Assembly (NCBI RefSeq): GCF_000020025.1
Contig: NC_010628.1
Location: 7,950,001-7,982,000 of the forward strand
Length of the DNA stretch: 32,000 bases
Direction of reading: 5' to 3'
Source: Nostoc punctiforme PCC 73102
Lineage (GTDB): Bacteria; Cyanobacteriota; Cyanobacteriia; Cyanobacteriales; Nostocaceae
A program made the translations under genes and the position numbers. This document shows, one piece after another, positions 26,536 to 32,000 of this stretch (the first letter of the stretch is position 1; every line of letters starts with the position of its first letter). A model generated the notes under the pieces. The model had not been told where the DNA came from and did not search any database. It was given only the letters and a program-made list of their open reading frames with translations.

Positions 26536-28545
26536 ATGCAAGAACAAATAAAACCTGGTTTCCACGAACAAGTGCAACGAAAATTATACATATTGACTAA
26601 CGAAGAACAGAAGATTCTTCAGAAATTTGGTAATGAATGGTTTGTAACTAGACTAGATGGTTTGAAAATTGGGGACAGAAGTGAATACAAGTATGCCTTG
26701 ATTAAAGCACCTAGAAATTATCAGGAGCTTTTTAATTTTGAAAGAGAGTTAATCATCATTTTTAGTGATTATGAATCTTTTCAGCCTAGATCAACTGACG
26801 CGATTGATGCTGTTTCAGATCAGCTTCAAGATTTAAGAATAGATAAAATCTGTAGTATTATGTTAAGTAAAGATGATAAAATAGAAGAAAAAATAAGAGA
26901 TATTTTAAAAGAATCTCAAGAATCTCAGGTTATAGTTCCAATATCTTATAGCGAAATCTTAAATAATCACAGTGATTCTTATTTTTTAAGGAATAAATTT
27001 AAAACCAATTTTTATACAAGGGACTTGTTTGATTTTCAATCTCCATTAAAAAAAGATTTATACTTTTTTGGGAGAAGCGATATTATTAATAAAATAGTAA
27101 ATAGACATTTTTCTAATGAAAACTCAGGGCTATTTGGATTACGGAAAACAGGAAAGACTTCTGTAATTTTTGGTATTCAAAGGGCACTAGATAAAATAGG
27201 CGCAAAATCAATTTTGATAAGTTGCGATGATACCAGTTTTCAACAAAGAAGATGGAATAAATGCTTACATTATATAATTGTAGAAATAAATAAAAAATAT
27301 AAATTAAATTTACCATTGCAAGCAGAAGATCAATATACAGAAGAAAATGCTTCTCAAATTTTTGCTGAAGAAATTTGTAAAATATATCATATTTTTCAAG
27401 AAAAAAGTATTTTAATCATATTTGATGAAATCGAACGTATAACTTTTAACATTTCTAGTGTTACACATTGGGAAAAGAAATTTGATTTTATATTTTTCTG
27501 GCAAACATTAAGAGCTAATTTTCAAAAATTAAATAATGTTTTCTCTTATTTAATAGTAGGTACTAACCCAGTCTGTATAGAACAATCAAGTATTTTTGGT
27601 AAAGATAATCCTATTTTTCACTCAATACCAATTGAATACTTGCCAAGATTTGATGTACCACAAACAAGAGATATGGTTAGAAAACTTGGTAGAATTATGG
27701 GATTGCAATTTGAGGAAATAATTTATTCAAAATTAACGGAAGATTATGGTGGACATCCATTTTTAATTAGACAAGTATGTAGTTTAATCCATAGGCTCAA
27801 CAATCAACATCTACCAATTACAGTAGATAGAATTACGTATGATAAGGCTAAAAATGAATTTGATAAAAATTATGCTTCTAAATATATTGAGATGATGGTT
27901 AGTGTCTTAAGCGAATTTTATCCTGACGAGTACGATTTACTAGAATATTTAGCCATTGGCGATCTTAACTTTTTTAATCAATATGCTATTGAGTCCACAG
28001 AATATACTAATCATTTGAAAGGTTATGGAATTATCAGTCAAACTAGAGATGAATATGATTTTAAAATAGATGCAGTCAAACAATATTTAATACAAAAAAA
28101 TAAATATAAAAAGGTTAATACAACCAATGAAGATATGTTAAATGAAATATCTCAAAGAAGAAATGCTTTAGAACCAAAGTTAAGAAAAATAGTGCGTACC
28201 CAGTTAAAGGCAAAATATGGAGAGAACCAAGCAAGAGATAAATTACTACTTTCTTTTGGTAAAGAAGAACAAAAAAAGTATAATCATTTAGCTTATAAAG
28301 ATTTGTTCGATCCTGATAAAGTAAATATATATTTTGAAAATCTAAAAAATATAATTAAAAAAGACTGGTCAACTTTTGAACACATTTTTTCAAGGAAACA
28401 AGAGGAGTTTAATTTGAAAATGGAAGCTATAAATAAGTATAGGGCTGATGCACATGCAAAACAGATGACACCGGATAGAATGGGTCACTTTAGAGACTGT
28501 ATGACATGGATTGAAAACCATGTAAACGATTTTTTAGAAGACTAA
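26536..28545 (+). CDS. P-loop NTPase (STAND/AAA, Arch_ATPase-like) with unknown N-terminal domain and C-terminal HEPN-like module
   Basis: 669-aa ORF. FFGRSDIINKIV...GLFGLRKTGKTSV is Walker A (G201-T208). SILIIFDEIE is Walker B (D297 E298). GGHPFLIRQV is a STAND/ORC-like motif. The C-terminal ...LEPKLRKIV...NIIKKDWSTFEHIF...INKYRADAHAKQMTPDRM... has an R-x3-H dyad, resembling Swt1-type HEPN. Confidence 0.75.
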   Translation: MQEQIKPGFHEQVQRKLYILTNEEQKILQKFGNEWFVTRLDGLKIGDRSEYKYALIKAPRNYQELFNFERELIIIFSDYESFQPRSTDAIDAVSDQLQDLRIDKICSIMLSKDDKIEEKIRDILKESQESQVIVPISYSEILNNHSDSYFLRNKFKTNFYTRDLFDFQSPLKKDLYFFGRSDIINKIVNRHFSNENSGLFGLRKTGKTSVIFGIQRALDKIGAKSILISCDDTSFQQRRWNKCLHYIIVEINKKYKLNLPLQAEDQYTEENASQIFAEEICKIYHIFQEKSILIIFDEIERITFNISSVTHWEKKFDFIFFWQTLRANFQKLNNVFSYLIVGTNPVCIEQSSIFGKDNPIFHSIPIEYLPRFDVPQTRDMVRKLGRIMGLQFEEIIYSKLTEDYGGHPFLIRQVCSLIHRLNNQHLPITVDRITYDKAKNEFDKNYASKYIEMMVSVLSEFYPDEYDLLEYLAIGDLNFFNQYAIESTEYTNHLKGYGIISQTRDEYDFKIDAVKQYLIQKNKYKKVNTTNEDMLNEISQRRNALEPKLRKIVRTQLKAKYGENQARDKLLLSFGKEEQKKYNHLAYKDLFDPDKVNIYFENLKNIIKKDWSTFEHIFSRKQEEFNLKMEAINKYRADAHAKQMTPDRMGHFRDCMTWIENHVNDFLED

Positions 28546-28612
28546 AACTTAACCTCTGTTATTAAATGTGGAATACTTTCTTATAAAGCAAAAAGCATGA
28601 TCGCTCCTCTCT

Positions 28613-28641
28613 CCTTATGCTTGCATCGTGCTAGCATAAGG
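28613..28641. promoter_or_regulatory. palindrome upstream of vapB (candidate antitoxin operator)
   Basis: ccttatgct (28613-28621) is complementary to agcataagg (28633-28641), with an 11-nt spacer and no T-tract. It lies 26 nt upstream of the vapB ATG. Confidence 0.35.
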
Positions 28642-28666
28642 ATAAATCCTGCTTGGAGGTAAAGCG

Positions 28667-28933
28667 ATGGCTACCCTTTATGTAAGAAATTTACCCGATG
28701 ATTTGTATGCAAAGCTGCAAGAGTTAGCGGCATCTGAACACCGTTCCATTAATGCCCAAGTTATAACTCTGTTAGAGCAAGCTTTGAAGACTGAAGCGCA
28801 GCAAGCAGAAGACCAGAAACGGCAGAATGTACTTAAAGTCCTAGAAGAAAGTTGCCAGCGTCGCCGTGTGAATCCAGCAGACTTCGCATTACCTGATAGT
28901 ACTGAAATGATTCGAGAAGACCGCAACAGATGA
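28667..28933 (+). CDS. vapB: RHH antitoxin (FitA/VapB-like)
   Basis: MATLYVRNLPDDLYAKLQELAASEHRSINAQVITLLEQAL is a canonical FitA-like ribbon-helix-helix. ggagg lies 7 nt upstream of the ATG. An ATGA overlap joins it to the next ORF. Confidence 0.8.
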   Translation: MATLYVRNLPDDLYAKLQELAASEHRSINAQVITLLEQALKTEAQQAEDQKRQNVLKVLEESCQRRRVNPADFALPDSTEMIREDRNR

Positions 28934-29387
28934 CCATTCCTCTTAGATGCGTGGTGGATACCAGTGTGTGCATCAAATATTTTATCTCTGATCCACTAAC
29001 CTCCAAAGTTAACCAACTGTTTGATCACCTTGCCAATCCACAGACAGAAATGTTTGTCCCAGACCTTTTTTACATTGAGTGTGCCAACGCCTTATGGAAG
29101 TATGTCCGTGCAAGGATGTACACTGGTGCTGAGGTTCAGGCAGATTTAGCTACTCTCAAAGCTTTTCCCTTGCGTGTTGTCTCTACGGCTGATTTGATGG
29201 CGGATGCAGTTGCGATCGCATTAAATTATGGAATCTCCGCCTACGATGGCTCTATGTAGCACTTTCACAGCAGGCAGGTGCTACTTTGTTGACTCTCGAC
29301 GGTAAGCTGGTGAAAGCTTTAAATGCCTCGTCTTACAGTGTTTCCTCGTTTAATGACTTCGAGATTCCGCCGTTAGAGTCAATGTAG
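28930..29387 (+). pseudogene. vapC: PIN-domain toxin (VapC/FitB-like) with a 1-nt frameshift
   Basis: Frame 1 reads VVDTS (D1), YIECAN (E) and SAYDGSM then TAG at 29257-29259. The -1 frame continues YVALSQQAGATLLTLDGKLVKAL... (D4 in LLTLD) to the TAG at 29385-29387. The join at gat ggc tc- tat gta gca implies one missing base. Confidence 0.75.
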
Positions 29388-29551
29388 AAGCGATCGCTTT
29401 TCCTCACCCCAAAGCATTAGATAAGACTAAACATCTCGATATAAACTCAGAATTGGGAGAATAGAATTTTTCTCACAGATTTATTTAGTTGCAATAAAAT
29501 TAATTTGTACAGGGGATAAACCTGCTATTTTTTAATATTCAATTGTCAAAA

Positions 29552-29998
29552 ATGTCTTTTACTTATAACCGCACGGTTCGTTTTCAAGATACTGATGCTG
29601 CTGGGGTAGTTTATTTTGCTAACGTTTTGGGTATTTGCCATGAAGCTTATGAAGAATCTTTAGAAGCATCAAGTATTAATCTCAAAGATTTTTTTACTAA
29701 TCCATCTGTAGCTTTTCCTATTGTTCATGCTAGTGTCGATTTTTTGCGTCCTATGTTTGTTGGGGACAAGTTACTGATTAGTTTAATACCGCAAAAAATA
29801 GGTGTTGAGAAGTTTGAAATTACTTATGAAGTAACAGTGGCTGAGGTGGTAGTTGCTAAGGCTATTACTAGGCACGTTTGTATTGATGCAAGTAGTAGAA
29901 GTAAGCAGGAATTACCTGATGAGATAGTTCAGTGGTTGGAGACGAACCGCAGAGACGCAGAGGGCGCAGAGAGAAGAAGGTCGAGGGAGATTATGTGA
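29552..29998 (+). CDS. 1,4-dihydroxy-2-naphthoyl-CoA thioesterase (hotdog/4HBT fold, phylloquinone pathway)
   Basis: [24 protein letters not shown]...[20 protein letters not shown] is typical of the cyanobacterial DHNA-CoA thioesterase, and the gene neighbours menE and menC. The ATG at 29552 is preferred over the TTG at 29543. The C-terminal tail is repeat-derived. Confidence 0.75.
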   Translation: MSFTYNRTVRFQDTDAAGVVYFANVLGICHEAYEESLEASSINLKDFFTNPSVAFPIVHASVDFLRPMFVGDKLLISLIPQKIGVEKFEITYEVTVAEVVVAKAITRHVCIDASSRSKQELPDEIVQWLETNRRDAEGAERRRSREIM

Positions 29999-31463
29999 TG
30001 GGATTTTGGATGAATTCTGTGGCTATTTGTTGTAATTGTTGGCGGTTAATTTTACCTTGGGAGTTACGGGGTAAGTATTGCTGGGGAATCCAATATTTAG
30101 GAATTTTAAATTTGCTGAGTTTGTCTTTGAGTAGGGTTTGAATTTTTAAGGCGGAGATATCTGATTTTTTGGGAATGTAAATCGCTGTTAAGGCTTGTCC
30201 CCAGTGTTTATCTGGGATGCCGATGACACAAATATCGGCAACCATTTGAGTAGCTTGTATAGCTGATTCAATTTCTGCTGGATAAATATTTTCGCCACCT
30301 GTAATAATTTTATCGCTGTTACGTCCGACAATATTTAAATGACCTTGGTTGTCTAAAAAGCCTAAATCATCTACTTGAAAATCAGCTTGATTATCTCTGG
30401 TTATTGGATAGTAACCAAGAGATAAAGATTGAGCATGAATAGTGATATTTCCTATTTGATTAGAATTTAAAATCTCGCCTTGCTGATTGCGAATAGTTAC
30501 TTTGGCATGGGGAAGAATTTGACCACTGCTAATTTTACCACTCAGAAAATCATCTGGTTTAAGGGTGGCAATTTGAGAGGCGGTTTCTGTCATACCATAG
30601 GTCGGTGCTAACCGGATGCGATAAAATCGGGCTTTTTCTAAAAGTTCGTTCCATGCTGGCGCACCTCCCAAAAGTACAGTATTAAATTGGGATAACCATT
30701 TAGTTAATTCTGGATTTTGCAGCAGGCGTTGTAACTGCGTTGGTACTAAAGATATGAAAAATTCTGATTGTTTAATATTCAATATTTGACCAGATTCTAA
30801 TACTTTGAATGGCAGAATAGCTAGTTTACCTCCGGTGATGAAAGAGCGCATAAATTGCATTAAACCGCTAACGTGATATAGCGGCAATACACAAAGCGAA
30901 TTGACTTGGATTAGTTGAAAGTATTCTGTAAATCCTTGTACCGATGAGATGAGAGTTTCCCAGGTGTGGATGGAAAATTTAATTTGTCCTGATGAACCAC
31001 CTGTAGGAATCATAATGCTATTAGGAATTGGGCATTGGCTATTATTATTATGCCCATTCCCCATACTTCGACTTACCTCGACTTCTCTACGAGACGCTAC
31101 GCGAACGCTCGGCACAAGTCGCTCAGTACAAGTTCCCCATTCCCCATTCCCCATTCCCAAAACAATATCTGGGTGTACTAAATCAAAGACTTGTTGCCAT
31201 TCTTGTGTTCCCCAGTCGGGGTTACAAAGAAAAACTGGACAGTTAGCAGCACAAGCGGCAATAAAACTTGCTAAAAATCGTAATGGTTCGCGTTCGGCTA
31301 AGATAATTTTTGGTGGTGTTCCATACGCTGATAATTGTGTTAGTTCTAAATATAATTCTTGAGCTATTTGATTAAATTGACGGCTGTCATAACCGATAAG
31401 CCAATCATCATGAACCAGATTATTAAGGCAGTCTAGAGGTCGTTCCATAAAGTTTGAAACCAC
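29991..31463 (-). CDS. menE: 2-succinylbenzoate-CoA ligase
   Basis: 490-aa adenylate-forming enzyme with [11 protein letters not shown] (P-loop), YGMTE, GDLGFLD and [13 protein letters not shown] motifs, adjacent to menC. It contains a 30-codon repeat-derived insertion. Confidence 0.9.
   Translation of the reverse strand: MVSNFMERPLDCLNNLVHDDWLIGYDSRQFNQIAQELYLELTQLSAYGTPPKIILAEREPLRFLASFIAACAANCPVFLCNPDWGTQEWQQVFDLVHPDIVLGMGNGEWGTCTERLVPSVRVASRREVEVSRSMGNGHNNNSQCPIPNSIMIPTGGSSGQIKFSIHTWETLISSVQGFTEYFQLIQVNSLCVLPLYHVSGLMQFMRSFITGGKLAILPFKVLESGQILNIKQSEFFISLVPTQLQRLLQNPELTKWLSQFNTVLLGGAPAWNELLEKARFYRIRLAPTYGMTETASQIATLKPDDFLSGKISSGQILPHAKVTIRNQQGEILNSNQIGNITIHAQSLSLGYYPITRDNQADFQVDDLGFLDNQGHLNIVGRNSDKIITGGENIYPAEIESAIQATQMVADICVIGIPDKHWGQALTAIYIPKKSDISALKIQTLLKDKLSKFKIPKYWIPQQYLPRNSQGKINRQQLQQIATEFIQNPIT
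31053..31154. repeat. 90-bp in-frame repeat insertion in menE, bounded by exact 12-bp direct repeats, with ccccatt heptamer run
   Basis: cccattccccat occurs at 31053-31064 and 31143-31154, exactly 90 bp apart. ccccatt x3 lies at 31135-31155. The core cttctctacgagacgctacgcgaacgc is related to the small repeat at 3317-3346. Confidence 0.7.
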
Positions 31464-32000
31464 GTTTCTTCTTGTTCAAAAAAATGGTCGATGCCAAAAC
31501 CAATTGCTCTATTATTTCGGGATAATTCGGCTGCTATTTGGAGTGCTGCAAGTCTACCGATCGCAGTTTCAAGTACTGATGAAAATACAGTATCAATTTG
31601 ATGCTGGTGGCAAAACTTTCTCAGACGAGATGGCGATCCGACTATCCCAGGCTTGATGACAAAAATCTCTCGCCAACCTTGTTGATGACAGGCGGCGAGT
31701 TGTTTAAGCGTGGCGACAGATTCATCTAAAGCGATCGCAGTTTCATAACTCGTACTCAATTCCAACATCTGCTGAAATTGTTCAACAGGTAGTGGTTGTT
31801 CGATAAATTCAATTTCTAGGGGTAGTTCTGCATTTGCCTTGAGATTGTCGCAAGTCCGCAGCCATAAGTTAGCTTCTTCATAGCTGAGTCCACCGTTAGC
31901 ATCTAATCGCAGTTTGGTAGAGGCTGGTAAGATGCGTGTTAGTGACTCAAAAATTTTTAGTTCATCAGCGATCGCATCCACACCAATTTTCCACTTAAAC
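31433..32000 (-). CDS. menC: o-succinylbenzoate synthase, C-terminal part (gene runs off the window end)
   Basis: Enolase-superfamily motifs LRLDANGGLSYEEA, IEFIEQPL and IALDES are present. The frame stays open from 31981 to 32000 (..KWKIGVDAIADE..). It overlaps the menE start by 31 nt. Confidence 0.85.
   Translation of the reverse strand, partial: FKWKIGVDAIADELKIFESLTRILPASTKLRLDANGGLSYEEANLWLRTCDNLKANAELPLEIEFIEQPLPVEQFQQMLELSTSYETAIALDESVATLKQLAACHQQGWREIFVIKPGIVGSPSRLRKFCHQHQIDTVFSSVLETAIGRLAALQIAAELSRNNRAIGFGIDHFFEQEETWFQTLWNDL

Noticed and set aside
29932-30141. 69-aa plus-strand ORF overlapping the menE 3' end
   Set aside because: It is antisense to the conserved MenE C-terminus and begins inside the dispersed repeat.
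30949-31362. 137-aa and 72-aa plus-strand ORFs inside menE
   Set aside because: They are antisense to a well-supported adenylate-forming enzyme gene and are kept open partly by the repeat insertion.

Overview
This window is chromosomal DNA from a filamentous heterocyst-forming cyanobacterium of the Nostoc/Anabaena type. HIP1 octamers (GCGATCGC) recur throughout, STRR-like heptamer repeats and small hairpin repeats fill the intergenic gaps, and the backbone genes are typical: holB, mnmG, acsF, trnY-trnT, nadA, trnS, DHNA-CoA thioesterase, menE and menC. Three accessory segments interrupt this backbone. (1) At 3.7-6.1 kb there are two leaderless peptidoglycan hydrolases: an amidase_3, and a glucosaminidase + PG-binding + LAS endopeptidase fusion. 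An M15 VanY-like peptidase and an unknown membrane-anchored protein lie at 10-11.8 kb. (2) At 17.3-23.55 kb an IS630 element carries an A8 programmed -1 frameshift site, but its transposase is split by a 56-nt structured mini-insertion that has a second copy in the acsF leader. It is followed by a roughly 5-kb integrase-less phage/plasmid-like islet that ends at the 3' end of tRNA-Thr. The islet carries 13 copies of (G/A)GTTACAT in 325 bp, a 29-bp perfect inverted repeat, a 700-bp ORF-free repeat-rich region, two ribbon-helix-helix genes bracketing a tape-measure-like gene, and a TAAGTCAAC motif recurring in its intergenic regions. (3) At 26.16-28.58 kb a strongly AT-rich, HIP1-free islet sits exactly after tRNA-Ser(UGA), bounded by an 11/12 direct repeat. 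It encodes one 669-aa P-loop (STAND/AAA-like) ATPase with a C-terminal HEPN-like module, next to a vapBC pair whose toxin is frameshifted. I rate (3) as the best candidate for an undescribed single-gene defence system and (2) as the best candidate for an undescribed mobile or satellite element. Several tiny repeat elements are inserted in-frame into genes (menE, a small HTH gene, the thioesterase tail). All calls come from reading the sequence and the ORF translations; no database search was possible.
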